A DNA stretch of 63,862 nt, counting the filler, from Octopus bimaculoides (Eukaryota): the NCBI RefSeq assembly GCF_001194135.2. It is 5 parts of 5 records of this genome, joined end to end, with 100 filler letters (N's around TTAATTAATTAA, not from the genome) between each part and the next. Parts side by side here need not be neighbours in the genome. Positions count along the whole stretch, not along the records: positions 1 to 15,117 come from NC_068995.1; positions 15,218 to 18,341 come from NW_026399483.1; positions 18,442 to 46,300 come from NC_068986.1; 2 more parts are not named here. The stretch is one strand, 5' to 3'. This document shows positions 13,142-26,110 of this stretch, in pieces. Below the pieces are notes generated by a model that saw only the letters and a list, made by a program, of their open reading frames with translations, made no database searches and had not been told where the DNA came from. Made by a program: the position numbers and the translations under genes. Each line of letters starts with the position of its first letter. Position 1 is the first letter of the stretch.

Positions 13142-13227
13142 CATTTCAGTTTCGTTCGGGAATTTATATTTTCGATCGATTGGACAAGGGGAAAAAAACG
13201 CAAATGATTGCTGCTGATATCTTACAG
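13142..13227 (+). CDS. Candidate exon (A)FQFRSGIYIFDRLDKGKKTQMIAADILQ, phase 1/0, GC-AG donor
   Basis: Very strong polypyrimidine tract cattttcgtctctttatttctcccttcAG, open frame, non-canonical donor CAG|gcaaga; unique sequence between microsatellites. Confidence 0.3.
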
Positions 13228-14625
13228 GCAAGAACTTCAACTGTCAACATCTAACGACAAGCACTCAGAAGCACTCGCACACACATACATACATACAAAC
13301 AAATATATACACATATACACACACATATACATATATATTAATACTCATAAACACACAGAGGCAAGCACACATATACACAATTGTGTCCTTGGTCACTTAA
13401 ATAAGCAGTCATTCTTATTGCACACAAACACGTTTACATATAAATGTACTTAAATGAACGGGTATACAGTTCTGTGAGTACAGAAGCACACACACACACA
13501 TGTTCACGCACAAATTGATATATACTTATATAATACTTAATATTATGTGCATGTACCTATATGCATATATATATATATGTATATATATANNNNNNNNNNN
13601 NNNNNNNNNNNNNNNNNNNNNNNNNNNNNNNNNNNNNNNNNNNNNNNNNNNNNNNNNNNNNNNNNNNNNNNNNNNNNNNNNNNNNNNNNNNNNNNNNNNN
13701 NNNNNNNNNNNNNNNNNNNNNNNNNNNNNNNNNNNNNNNNNNNNNNNNNNNNNNNNNNNNNNNNNNNNNNNNNNNNNNNNNNNNNNNNNNNNNNNNNNNN
13801 NNNNNNNNNNNNNNNNNNNNNNNNNNNNNNNNNNNNNNNNNNNNNNNNNNNNNNNNNNNNNNNNNNNNNNNNNNNNNNNNNNNNNNNNNNNNNNNNNNNN
13901 NNNNNNNNNNNNNNNNNNNNNNNNNNNNNNNNNNNNNNNNNNNNNNNNNNNNNNNNNNNNNNNNNNNNNNNNNNNNNNNNNNNNNNNNNNNNNNNNNNNN
14001 NNNNNNNNNNNNNNNNNNNNNNNNNNNNNNNNNNNNNNNNNNNNNNNNNNNNNNNNNNNNNNNNNNNNNNNNNNNNNNNNNNNNNNNNNNNNNNNNNNNN
14101 NNNNNNNNNNNNNNNNNNNNNNNNNNNNNNNNNNNNNNNNNNNNNNNNNNNNNNNNNNNNNNNNNNNNNNNNNNNNNNNNNNNNNNNNNNNNNNNNNNNN
14201 NNNNNNNNNNNNNNNNNNNNNNNNNNNNNNNNNNNNNNNNNNNNNNNNNNNNNNNNNNNNNNNNNNNNNNNNNNNNNNNNNNNNNNNNNNNNNNNNNNNN
14301 NNNNNNNNNNNNNNNNNNNNNNNNNNNNNNNNNNNNNNNNNNNNNNNNNNNNNNNNNNNNNNNNNNNNNNNNNNNNNNNNNNNNNNNNNNNNNNNNNNNN
14401 NNNNNNNNNNNNNNNNNNNNNNNNNNNNNNNNNNNNNNNNNNNNNNNNNNNNNNNNNNNNNNNNNNNNNNNNNNNNNNNNNNNNNNNNNNNNNNNNNNNN
14501 NNNNNNNNNATATATATATATATATATATATATACATACATGCAGGAGGCAGTTATACACTGCGTGACACACAGACTGACAGTCAGACACATGCCTATTC
14601 AAAAATATGTCTATAGATAGACAAG

Positions 14626-14676
<51 letters not shown>

Positions 14677-15043
14677 GCAGACAGATGGATAGACAGATAA
14701 ACAGATAGATAAATAGGTAGACAGAGAGACATAGGTAAATTGACAAACAGACAGACAGGCATATTATTGAATCACTAATACCAGTGATTTATTGCTAGAA
14801 TAACGTTGAAATTCGCATCAAACGACGGAGACAGCGGTTGGCAATGAAGTCAATACAGAAATAATGTTACTAGATAGAAAATACTATGGATTAATCCGAA
14901 TACAACCAGTCCTGATTATGGTGGCTAATGTTCACAAATGAATGGTTATTGTCTCACATTTGCCCATCCGAACAAACATCTGCACATATATTTATATGTA
15001 TATATATGTATGCATGTATCATTTTATATATGTATATATATAG

Positions 15044-15117
<74 letters not shown>

Positions 15118-15216
15118 NNNNNNNNNNNNNNNNNNNNNNNNNNNNNNNNNNNNNNNNNNNNTTAATTAATTAANNNNNNNNNNNNNNNNNNNNNNNNNNN
15201 NNNNNNNNNNNNNNNN

Positions 15217-16827
15217 NTAAAGGCCTCCTTGGAGTTCAGGAATTTCCCTATTTAGGCAATATAGAAGGCCCCAATCTGATTTGGCAGAATTTCTACAGCT
15301 GGATGCCTTTCCTAATGCCAACCACTCCAAGAGTGTAGGGGGTGCTTTTACGTGCCACCGGCACAAAGGGCAGTCAGGTGGTACTGGCAACAACCACACT
15401 GAAAATGGTGTATTTTACGTGCTGCCTGTACGGGAGCTAGTTCAGCTGCACTGGCAACGACCTCGCTCAAATGTCTTTTAACGTGCCACCGGCACAAGTG
15501 CCAGGAAGGCAACACTGGTAACGATCATGCTCAAATGGTGTTATTTATGTGCCACAGGCATGGAAGCCAGACAGCTGCTCTGGCAACGATCATGCTCAGA
15601 CGGTGTTCTTAGCGCTCCACTGGTACAGGTGCCATCACAGTTTTGCTTTCACTTGCCCCAACATGTCTTCGCAAGCTGAGTTTAGTGTCCAATGAAGGAG
15701 ACGTTGGCATGGGTGCCAGTCGTCAAATTTAGTTCCAGAGGCCTTGGATTATGGTTTCACTTGGCTTGCCGGGTCTTCTCACGCACAGTATATTTCCAAA
15801 GGTCTCGGTTAGAAGTCATTGTTTTGGTGAGGGCTAATGTTCGAAGGTCGTGCTTCACCACCTCAGCTCAGGTCTTCCTGTGTCTACTTCTTCCACAGGT
15901 TCCCTCAACTGCTAGGGTGTGGCACTTTTTCACACAGCTATCCTCATCCATTCTCACCACATGACCATACCAGCGCAATCGTCTCTCTTGCACACCACAG
16001 CAATGCTTCTTAGGTTCAACTTTTCTCTCAAGGTACTTACACTCTGTCTAGTATGTACACTGACATTACACATCCATCGGAGCATACTGGCTTCATTCCT
16101 TGCGAGCCTACACATGTCCTCAGCAGTCACAGCCCATGTTTCACTGCCATGATGCATGGCTGTTCGTACACATGCATCATACAGTCTGCCTTTTACTCTG
16201 AGTGAGAGGCCCCTNNNNNNNNNNNNNNNNNNNNNNNNNNNNNNNNNNNNNNNNNNNNNNNNNNNNNNNNNNNNNNNNNNNNNNNNNNNNNNNNNNNNNN
16301 NNNNNNNNNNNNNNNNNNNNNNNNNNNNNNNNNNNNNNNNNNNNNNNNNNNNNNNNNNNNNNNNNNNNNNNNNNNNNNNNNNNNNNNNNNNNNNNNNNNN
16401 NNNNNNNNNNNNNNNNNNNNNNNNNNNNNNNNNNNNNNNNNNNNNNNNNNNNNTGCACCACTTATGTGTCTATAGCTTACACTGGGTACATCTTATAGAG
16501 TTTCTACCTACGCTTTTTCTACAGATCGAGCAGGGCCATCTACCTGAAGGGGTTTGTGTTTTCCCTACCTTTCTACTTATTAGGACTTTGGTTTTAGCTA
16601 GGTTGACTCTAAGGCCCTTCGATTCTAGTCCTTGCTTCCACACCTGAAACTTCTCCTCTAGTTCTGATAGTGACTCAGCAATTAGCGCAAGGTCATCAGC
16701 ATAGAGGAGCTTCCAGGGGAATCCTGTCTTGAATTCCTGTGTTATTGCCTGGAGGACTATGATAAATAGGAGGGGGCTGAGGACTGAACCTTGGTGGACC
16801 CCTACCTCTACCCGGAATTCTTCACTG
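15217..16827 (-). mobile_element. 5'-truncated RTE-clade LINE (RT domains, C4 finger, C-terminus, repeat-containing 3' UTR)
   Basis: EVGVHQGSVLSPLLFIIVL...LLYADDLALIA...GLRVNLAKTKV; downstream RVKGRLYDACVRTAMHHGSETWAVT...MLRWMC; 3' terminus gtggttggcattaggaaaggcatccagctgtagaaa. Confidence 0.92.
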
Positions 16828-18341
16828 GACATCTAAATAATTAATATTATAGTGTTCATTATATATGGTAATACTCAATCCATTTCTTTTAAAAAAACTA
16901 TATAGATTCTTCTTAAATAATTCTAGAGTTCTATTGGTGCAGTCGTTAGTTATTAATGATAGGTCATCCCTATATAAACCACCCTCCAATTTTATGTTTT
17001 CCAATTTAAGTTCAGATAATAAATACATACCTACTATGTCTGTTGCTTGAGCAGAATTGGGTGATCCCATTGGGATATCGAAGTTGTCCCTAGTATCCTT
17101 CCTAGCCCATAATTTATTGTTATAGCTAATTAGCAATTTTCTAGCCATTTTTACTACATTAACTTCTTCATAAGTCATTCCTACCTTATTTATTGTATAG
17201 ATAAGTGCCTTATCTCATTACTAGAAGAATAATAATTATTTATATCTATTTGGATGAATTTATATCTATTTTTATCTTTAATATTATTAAACCATTTTAA
17301 AGTATCGTTAGTACTAGTCCAAAGCTAAAGGTAATTTAAGTTATTTAATCTATTAATATATTTATCTAAAATTATCTTACTTAATTTGCCTATATCCGAT
17401 TTACTTGGGCATATAAATCTAACTTTTGGGTCAGAGTAAAAATTATCTTTGTGGTTTTTCAAGGTAATCCTAGGGTGCATGGGTTCATAAGGTTCCGTTT
17501 TATTATCTCACTCGTATCTCATCATGATTAGTTTAGATGCCTTATTGATATTTTCCGGAACTATTTTATATTTTTTATTTATTTCTTTCTCCTATAGTTT
17601 ATCATATAAATTAATATCTACTTTATATAGGTTTCCCATTTTATCCGATGGTACTATGATTCTGTCTAAATTACGCATTTCTTTTATTCTAGTAGCTAGA
17701 TTTCTCAAATATTCATTGTGCTTATTTGGGTATTTATGAATATCTTCCAAATTTCATCTTCTAGGATCTGTATTTCCCTATTATATGGGGGTTCATTTCT
17801 AGATTTGAATTTAGTGATGATGAATTTAGTGTTATCTATATCACTAATATCATATATGTCCCTATTATTGTAATATGCTTTCTATTTTATCCTATTTAAA
17901 AAAATCTTTAATATTATTAATTAGTTTTAAGATGAATTCCTTTCTCGAATGTATTGGAATATCCTTCAAAGATGAATCCCAATCTAGCAGTTCTATCTTA
18001 CCTGCAAGTTCCATAACAAACGAAACTTGAGAGTTAAATATAATCAATTTCATTTATCATAAGTATATATAGAAATATAATATTAGGGAATATAAAATTG
18101 CAAACATACAGGAGTTTATACTTTACATTTTATAAATTTTTAAATTAGTATTTTGTAGAGTATGCTTTTCTGGATGGTGACTGGTCTCCTTCATTGTTTG
18201 AATTGTATACTGGTGGTTCTTCTCTAAATTATATTTATATACATATATCATTTATTAAAAAAATTCAATTTGGTATTACTAATTTGAATATTCCTGTATG
18301 TTTGGAATTTTATATTCCCTAATATTATAATAAATCTCTCT
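16828..18341 (-). mobile_element. Penelope-like element (PLE) reverse transcriptase, decayed, cut by the RTE insertion
   Basis: Frames give ITLKNHKDNFYSDPKVRFICPSKSDIGKLSKIILDK, WTSTNDTLKWFNNIKDKNRYKFIQIDI, and FDIPMGS...GLYRDD...INYLDV. Confidence 0.85.
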
Positions 18342-18472
18342 NNNNNNNNNNNNNNNNNNNNNNNNNNNNNNNNNNNNNNNNNNNNTTAATTAATTAANNN
18401 NNNNNNNNNNNNNNNNNNNNNNNNNNNNNNNNNNNNNNNNNTATTGTATACACATACACACATATATATATA

Positions 18473-18948
18473 CCGTAAATCCTCGAGTATAATCTGCATT
18501 TTTTCCCCAAAATTTAAAAGTCAAAATCCCTAGTGTGCACTATATACGAAGTTAAAAATCGAAAGTATTTTCTTAGCAATGTCCAAGTCTCTATTTACTG
18601 TCCGGCAATGTTTATTCCGATGCATTTTGTGATGTCGGGCGCGAAAATACCTTAAACTAATACCTTAAGCTATATTCATTTTTCACTGACGTTATTACTG
18701 TTATTTCTTTATTTTCTGCCAACAAAGTGCACAAAAAAGCTACACGTTTGCATTGTGTTATGTATACAATAATAATAAAGGACGTTACCGTATATGTTTA
18801 CAAACCAAGGGCGTTATATAGACCTCCTTCACTAAAGTTAGAGAAGGGGTGTGTATTATACACAAGGTTTAGGTTTTTCAGAGGTACAGCCCCCTAAAAA
18901 TCCCCTGCGTATTACTCTTAAGGGCGGACTATACTCGAGGATTTACGG
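18473..18948. mobile_element. Tc1/mariner-pogo-type MITE (476 bp)
   Basis: TIRs ccgtaaatcctcgagtataatc and gactatactcgaggatttacgg (21/22), flanked by TA on both sides; no ORF. Confidence 0.9.
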
Positions 18949-19031
18949 TATATATGTGTATATATATCCATGCATACATGAGTATCTTGTGTCTGCGTAA
19001 GCATATGTATATACACATACATTCATAAATA

Positions 19032-19065
<34 letters not shown>

Positions 19066-19444
19066 NNNNNNNNNNATATATTCACACATACATCACAGAC
19101 GCATGTGTGTATTATTCTGGTCCGAAGATCACCCTCAGATAAAGTTTAGTTTACAGAACTCTGTATGCACAAATTCGTTTAATCTCGAATTGGTTTCAGA
19201 CATTGAGCTGCGGCTTCTATGGTTTAATCAATAATATCGATTACAGTATTTCTTTCAGTCTGGTACTCGTTTCATTACTCTCTAGCTGTCGACCTGCTTC
19301 GTTAAAAGTACTCAATATAAAGACAGATATTAGACCGGTGCCAATATAGAGATGCGTTGATAGACACACACACACATATGCACGCTTGCAAACACGCACA
19401 CACACACTCACATTTTTTTTATTGTTTACTCTTTTATTTATATC

Positions 19445-19600
19445 AATCTTCGGACTGCGGCTATAGTCGTGTCCCACCTTGAGGGAGGGGTTTAGTCGAT
19501 CAAGCCGATACCAGTATCTATCTCTTTTATAGCCGAACCGCTAACTTACAGGGACATAAACAATAAAACACCGGTTATGAAACGGTGAGAGACAAATACG
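19445..19600 (-). mobile_element. SINE family A, 3' half (degenerate)
   Basis: gactgcggctatagt...ttagtcgatcaag...gccgaaccgctaacttacagggacataaac. Confidence 0.65.
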
Positions 19601-19934
19601 AAACTCAAACGCGCACACACACACACACAACACACACATACGTGACCACACTGATAGATGCATGCATACATGCACACACACGCACGCAAACACACACACG
19701 CACGCAAACACACACACACATAACGAGAGAGAGAGAGGACATTTGTATATACATATATATATGTTTGCAATGTATATATGTATATAGTTTTTTCCCTTTG
19801 AAAAATTCAGCCCGGTCGGCCACTTTACGAAATGATAAGGTTGTATGGTTAAAGTGAAGGCAGTTCTTTCGATTTGTAAACATCTGAGTTGGTGTGTGTG
19901 TGTGTGCGCATGCGTGCTTATGTGTATGTTATGA

Positions 19935-20140
19935 CCAAACCAAAGACACACCAAATCCAGAAGAGGGCGAGTCGATTACATCGACCCCACTGCTCAACTG
20001 ATACTTATTTTAGCGAACCCGAAAGGATTAAAAAAATAAACTCGACCTCGGTGGACTTTGAACTCAGGACGTAAAGACGGACGAAATGCTGTTAAGCATG
20101 TTTCTCAGCGTGCTAACCATTCTACCAGCTCGCCGTCTTA
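19935..20140 (-). mobile_element. SINE family B copy (an oppositely oriented head fragment follows at about 20165-20215)
   Basis: gtcgattacatcgacccc...cccgaaaggatt...tttgaactcaggacgtaaagacggacgaaatgc...ccagctcgccgtctta. Confidence 0.8.
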
Positions 20141-20393
20141 GGGAGATATTGTTGGTACTCTTATGGCGGCGATGAACTGGCAGAATCTTTTAACATGCCG
20201 GGCGAAATGCTCAGCATTCATCACTGGTGTTAAGGAAAGCAAAATAAGCATTGATATCCATGTTCCTTGTTTGGTCGACAATTTTTCCTCTCGTGACTAC
20301 CAAATATCTTTATATTTTACTTGTTTCAATCATTAGACTGCTACCATTCAATAGATCTGCATAAAAAATACTGGATTTCTCAAAAAAAAAAAA

Positions 20394-20424
<31 letters not shown>

Positions 20425-20989
20425 TTCGCATTTTTAAAATACAGTTGATTAATAGTACAGTGAAAACATGTAAAACATTCCAAGGATTCTCTATTTGAAG
20501 CTTTGGGGATGAATGCATAAAGAAACCCGCATACCCTCAACTTAAGTACAAATGTACACACACACACACCATTCCAGATATCCACAAAATCTAATACTTG
20601 TTTTGACTCAATCTCGTGATGTGAACATTATTCAAATACAGATTAAGGTAATAAAAAAATGTGTAGCTGATATGACTCTTCTCTGCAGATCCCATCACGT
20701 AGCATTTCCATTTCCTTAGCAGGACTGATAAGGAGTTCGCTGCAAAAAAGAAACGCAATGTTCCAAGGTGACAGATAAGTTGTCGTTCTGGAATATTCTC
20801 TATTTATAGTCTAATGTTGTCAGTAATATAGTTCTTATGGATAGTTCTGTGGATCATGGCGTTGTCAGTCTCTTAACGGCATCAACAATAGCAGCTGGAA
20901 CCTAAACAAAGTGTAGTGATTCTAAAATCCACAAGTGAGGGATGGTGCAAAATGCCTACTTATAGTCTAAGCTATACAGTCATCAGATT

Positions 20990-21395
20990 TCGCTTCTTTA
21001 AGGACAGCTTGGTTGAAGGGAGTGCTACTCAGTACAGCTCCACATTCCTTTCTTCCCTCCTGCTCACATTGGGTATTTCGTAGTGATTCAACTAACCCGT
21101 ACACACCTTAGACATTACATCCATGCATGATGCTACTGTGGTTTTTGGCCACATGAGTCTCCTCGCCTTTATCTAACAATGTTGTACGAACAACTGCCAG
21201 CCAGCGTGACTCATCGATATCCGCGTTCATTGTTCTTTTGGACAGTTTAACGGGGGTTGCCCTGTAGAGTGTGAGCTTCCTGTACCAATAACCGACGATC
21301 AGGTCTCCTCCAGGTAATTTTCCAGTTGGTAGTTTCACAACCGTCAGGAGAGTTTCAAGGGTGATATTGGGAGAGAAACTTGCACAGTAGCTCAT
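20990..21395 (-). mobile_element. Possible decayed LINE apurinic endonuclease region
   Basis: ETLLTVVKLP...LIVGYWYR resembles the APE motif E.lwv.v.....llvG..YR; no downstream RT recognised. Confidence 0.3.
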
Positions 21396-21477
21396 TTAAC
21401 CATATTGCATTATAGTTGTGTTGTCTGTTTACGTTCTAGATGTCACCTCTTCAGAAAAAAAAAAATACCATTTAGAT

Positions 21478-21718
21478 CAGTGGTTCTCAACCATTTTTTT
21501 GCCTATGGACTCCTTTGATTCCTATTTTACTCTGTGGGTGGGACTCCCTTAGCCATTTGATGACTAAAATCTCCCTAAATGTTATTAGGAATTGTATTTA
21601 AAATTGTTTAAATATTTTGTGTATCGGAGAAATATAACCAGTTTATTGCATATAAATTTTAACAACAAAATATTGTATGGACCCTCAACGGCCATATGGA
21701 CCTTGTTGAGAACCACTG
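21478..21718. mobile_element. hAT (Charlie-like) MITE (241 bp)
   Basis: Perfect 14-bp TIR cagtggttctcaac / gttgagaaccactg; 8-bp TSD atttagat / atctagat of the NTCTAGAN type. Confidence 0.9.
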
Positions 21719-22851
21719 ATCTAGATCATTCTGGAGAGCGGCTTTTACGACCCTGGTGGTATTGGTCTTTCATACTGTGATATACGGCTTGTAGGGTTAA
21801 CGTAAAGTGTGATTGTTGGCAATTCCCTTATTTGCCGCCCGTAGTTCATGTTTAATAGCAACTAGCTTACCTGTTTGTAGGTCTTGTCGACAGTTCCTGT
21901 AGACCTTATGCAATCTATTATAAAGTCGCAGATGGTGAATCGTGGATTTATTATTTACTTTGCAGCGGCTGTCTTATATTTTTTTTCTGAGTCTATGGAC
22001 ATTTATCTTGATAGGGGTCGTCCATTTTAATTGTGTTTTCTCATTACCAGCGATCTCTGTCACTCCCATCTCTTGGCGGATGGTAATCGTAACTAAGTAT
22101 TATAGGATATTCAATGTTCAAAAGCCAGGATTCTCGATCCGTGTTAGGTGTTCCTTAGCAACGCAATCGATCACAGATAACATGAAATCAGTTAGTTTTC
22201 TGTTGATTCATGTCGTAATTGTTCCTTCCTATAATTGTTTATTAATGTAAATGATGAAATATTGTTTCAATTTAGCTATTAGTTTTTTTTTTTCTTTTTT
22301 TCAATTCTTTATATTCTTCACTAATTTCTGTTTGTTCATTAGCAGCTACCACCCTTCTGTTAAGTGGCGGTATGCTCGTCTCGGTTTTATTCTTGTTATT
22401 GTTGTTATATCGGTCGCATTTCGCATTATTTAAGGTCTTCTGGGGATGACAATCCATTGCTCTGGTCTTTTATTTAACGTGCGATTTTAACAGCTGATTT
22501 TTTAAATTTTACTCGGTGAAGGTGGCTTCTTGTCAAAAATAGCTAAAAAAAAAAAAAGGCTTGTTTTTTTTAATGTATTTTGTAAGTACATTTTACATCT
22601 CTGAGACCAATAAACCCGATATGGTAGTTTCAGGTTTGCAATGATAAAGAGCCCGAGCTAAACTCTTCTGTTTAGCCATATCCGATGATTGTTAATTTAA
22701 CTTGTTACACTTGGAAGATTCTTCAACATGAAACCGTTCGGTAATATGACATGGCTATGAGACTAAATTTATAATATTTTATAAATAGTGTAGCCATTTG
22801 ATTACCTAATATTCGAGTTCCTGCTGACTTATGCACAATTATTGGACACCC

Positions 22852-22888
<37 letters not shown>

Positions 22889-24169
22889 CAATGACAATTT
22901 GATTAAGGCAAATAAATGAGCATCAAAAACATTAATTCACCAAAAAGAAAGTTTCTGTGCAAGTTATTCAGCAAGAACTTACAGAGCCTTCATCTATCAT
23001 CTACACAGGAGATCGATCGTCAGTAGATCATATATCCGAAAAAGAAGCACACTCTAAGTAAAGTATACAGCAGTAATGTATTTACATGCAGTTAAATATC
23101 TGTTAAATAAAGCTAAGCTCTTTATGCATGCAAAACCATTGGTCACTCTAAGACCGGACATATATTTAACTGCGTATATATATATATATATTATTACAAT
23201 TAAAAGGGTAAAGGATTATCAATTTATTAATAAATTAATAATTAATAATTAATAATTTCTTCTAAACCAGAAACATGTCTATGATTAACTATGGCTAGTT
23301 TAGTTCGTTATTTTTCTTCTTGTTTTGCCTATGTGGGTTGCGGGTAACTGCTATCTGTTGGAGTTTCAGCATTTTTAACTGCTATTTCTGAACTTCGNNN
23401 NNNNNNNATGTATTTACATGCAGTTAAATATCTGTTAAATAAAGCTAAGCTCTTTATGCATGCAAAACCATTGGTCACTCTAAGACCGGACATATATTTA
23501 ACTGCGTATATATATATATATATCGCTCAGAGATTTAAAACATGTTATTTTTCTCGATACGGGATCAGCGCCTGTGTGTCGCTTAAAGAATATATAGTAT
23601 TTGCGAGTGGAGATAGCTTTCGTTACTAGCTGGCGATTATCTCACACTGAGGACGGATAACATTCAGAAACCTAGATCTGTATCATATAAGGCTGGGAGC
23701 GATGATCTTCCTTCGAAATACTATATACGGACCCAGGTTGTGTGTCATTAGCCAGATGGAGATGTTTTCCCGGGGCTAAAACAACAGTAACATCGTTCTT
23801 TACAGGACTGCCACGTTATCTTGGCATATAAACACACACACACACACACAATAATTAATGGAAAAAACCACAACAACGCGAGGACGTAACAAATGCAAAG
23901 TATTAATAAGATGCTCAGAGAAGGAAAGAGTGGTTGTTTTACGTTTCGAGCATAGCTCCACTTCGGAAACAGGAGAAAAAGGAAAGTCCCAAAGAAAAAG
24001 AAGGAAGAAAAAATCGCCAACAGTCTACGTATATTTTTGAAATGACCGGAAGTAGATAGACAAAGAGAAAATGCTTTCTGGGGCAGGAGAGTGTGAAGAA
24101 TGGTTGGTATTTGTGTGTATGTGCGTGGTAGCGCGTGTACGTGTGGTAGTTGTGACGTTTGTGTGTGTG

Positions 24170-24310
24170 TATGGGGGAAGTAACTGTGTATGTGTGACAG
24201 TAACTGTGTGTGTGTGGTAGTAACTGTGTGTGTGTGACAGTAACTGTGTGTGTGGTAGTAACTGTGTGTGCGTATGATGGTAACTGTGTGTGTGTGTGGT
24301 ATTAACTGTT
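24170..24310. repeat. Minisatellite of gtaactg(tg)n units with alternating aca/gta ends
   Basis: About six to seven 18-22 bp units visible directly. Confidence 0.85.
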
Positions 24311-26110
24311 TACAAGTGTTTGTGTTGTGTGAGTGGTCTGTGTGTATTAAGGTCACAGTGAGAGATCAGCAGCTATAGTGATAGGTGCGTGTATAGCCGG
24401 TTATGGCAGTGTGTATGTGTATGTGTGTTTTTGCACGTGTGCGTAGATGGGATGGTCAGTAGGGAGTGGGAGTCAGTTTGAAGGATAACTGAGAGGCAGT
24501 CTGAAGGGTGTGTGTGGATGTGTGTGTGTGTGTCTGTGTTGGCATGTGTACGTAGACAGAGTGGGAATGTGTGTGTGTGAATATGTGTATGGGTGCGCAT
24601 GCGTCTCACTCTGTCTATCTGTTTGTGTGTGTGTCTCTTTCTCTCTCTGTATATGTATGTGTGCTCGTGTGTGTGTATGTGCGTGTGAGTGCATGGAAGT
24701 GTATATACGTGTGTGTGTTGTATGTGTGGAAGTATATGTACGTTCATGTGTGTGCGTGCGTGCGAGTGTGTGAGAGGGGTGAGGTGGGGTGTGGGCGCGT
24801 TCTCATATATATATATATATATATATATAAACAATATATGAGTATATGCATATATATGTACATGTATGTACATACCTTCATCTACATGTACATATAGATA
24901 CATAACTGGGTACATGACGCGGCAAAAGAACATGGACAAAATGATAAACAAGGTACAACAAACAAGCAAGCCACANNNNNNNNNNNNNNNNNNNNNNNNN
25001 NNNNNNNNNNNNNNNNNNNNNNNNNNNNNNNNNNNNNNNNNNNNNNNNNNNNNNNNNNNNNNNNNNNNNNNNNNNNNNNNNNNNNNNNNNNNNNNNNNNN
25101 NNNNNNNNNNNNNNNNNNNNNNNNNNNNNNNNNNNNNNNNNNNNNNNNNNNNNNNNNNNNNNNNNNNNNNNNNNNNNNNNNNNNNNNNNNNNNNNNNNNN
25201 NNNNNNNNNNNNNNNNNNNNNNNNNNNNNNNNNNNNNNNNNNNNNNNNNNNNNNNNNNNNNNNNNNNNNNNNNNNNNNNNNNNNNNNNNNNNNNNNNNNN
25301 NNNNNNNNNNNNNNNNNNNNNNNNNNNNNNNNNNNNNNNNNNNNNNNNNNNNNNNNNNNNNNNNNNNNNNNNNNNNNNNNNNNNNNNNNNNNNNNNNNNN
25401 NNNNNNNNNNNNNNNNNNNNNNNNNNNNNNNNNNNNNNNNNNNNNNNNNNNNNNNNNNNNNNNNNNNNNNNNNNNNNNNNNNNNNNNNNNNNNNNNNNNN
25501 NNNNNNNNNNNNNNNNNNNNNNNNNNNNNNNNNNNNNNNNNNNNNNNNNNNNNNNNNNNNNNNNNNNNNNNNNNNNNNNNNNNNNNNNNNNNNNNNNNNN
25601 NNNNNNNNNNNNNNNNNNNNNNNNNNNNNNNNNNNNNNNNNNNNNNNNNNNNNNNNNNNNNNNNNNNNNNNNNNGCCGTCCTCCTATACTTGATGTATTT
25701 TATATTTATAATCGAACGCCATGCAGCCTTGTCCACAATAAGTTTTTATTTTTATTTATAATTTCTGCGACTCTTCTTTGTTTGTTTCTTTCTTTTTCTC
25801 TCTACCTCTCTACAACCACTTTATTTTCTGTTTCTTCCTCTCCTTCTTTGCTGTCCCCTGTCTATCTTTCTTCCACTCCTTACAATCTGTCGTTCCTTCT
25901 ACCTTCTCCTCACTCCCTTTGTTTCTTTCCCTCATCCTCTCTCTTGTCTCCCTTCTCTTCTGCCTGTTTACTCCCACGTGACTACAGGCCATTTTTTTTC
26001 CTCACCTCTGTCCGTTTTGGATGCGACGTGTACTTTTCTGGACGTATTTTTTTTGCCTCCTGAAATTTTTCTCTCCTTTTCTTTTCGTCTTCTACTATTT
26101 TCTTCTCTGT

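Noticed and set aside
15162-15173. TTAATTAATTAA islands inside N-runs (also 18386-18397, 46345-46356, 61580-61591)
   Set aside because: Identical 12-mer centred in 100-bp gaps, palindromic with stops in all six frames: an assembly linker, not biology.
15340-15640. Regularly spaced repeats resembling a CRISPR array
   Set aside because: Eukaryotic context, whole units are homologous (no unique spacers), and they lie in a LINE 3' UTR.
23076-23523. Exact duplication of about 115 bp (23076-23191 and 23408-23523)
   Set aside because: The copies flank a 10-N gap; most likely an unmerged contig overlap or two haplotypes.
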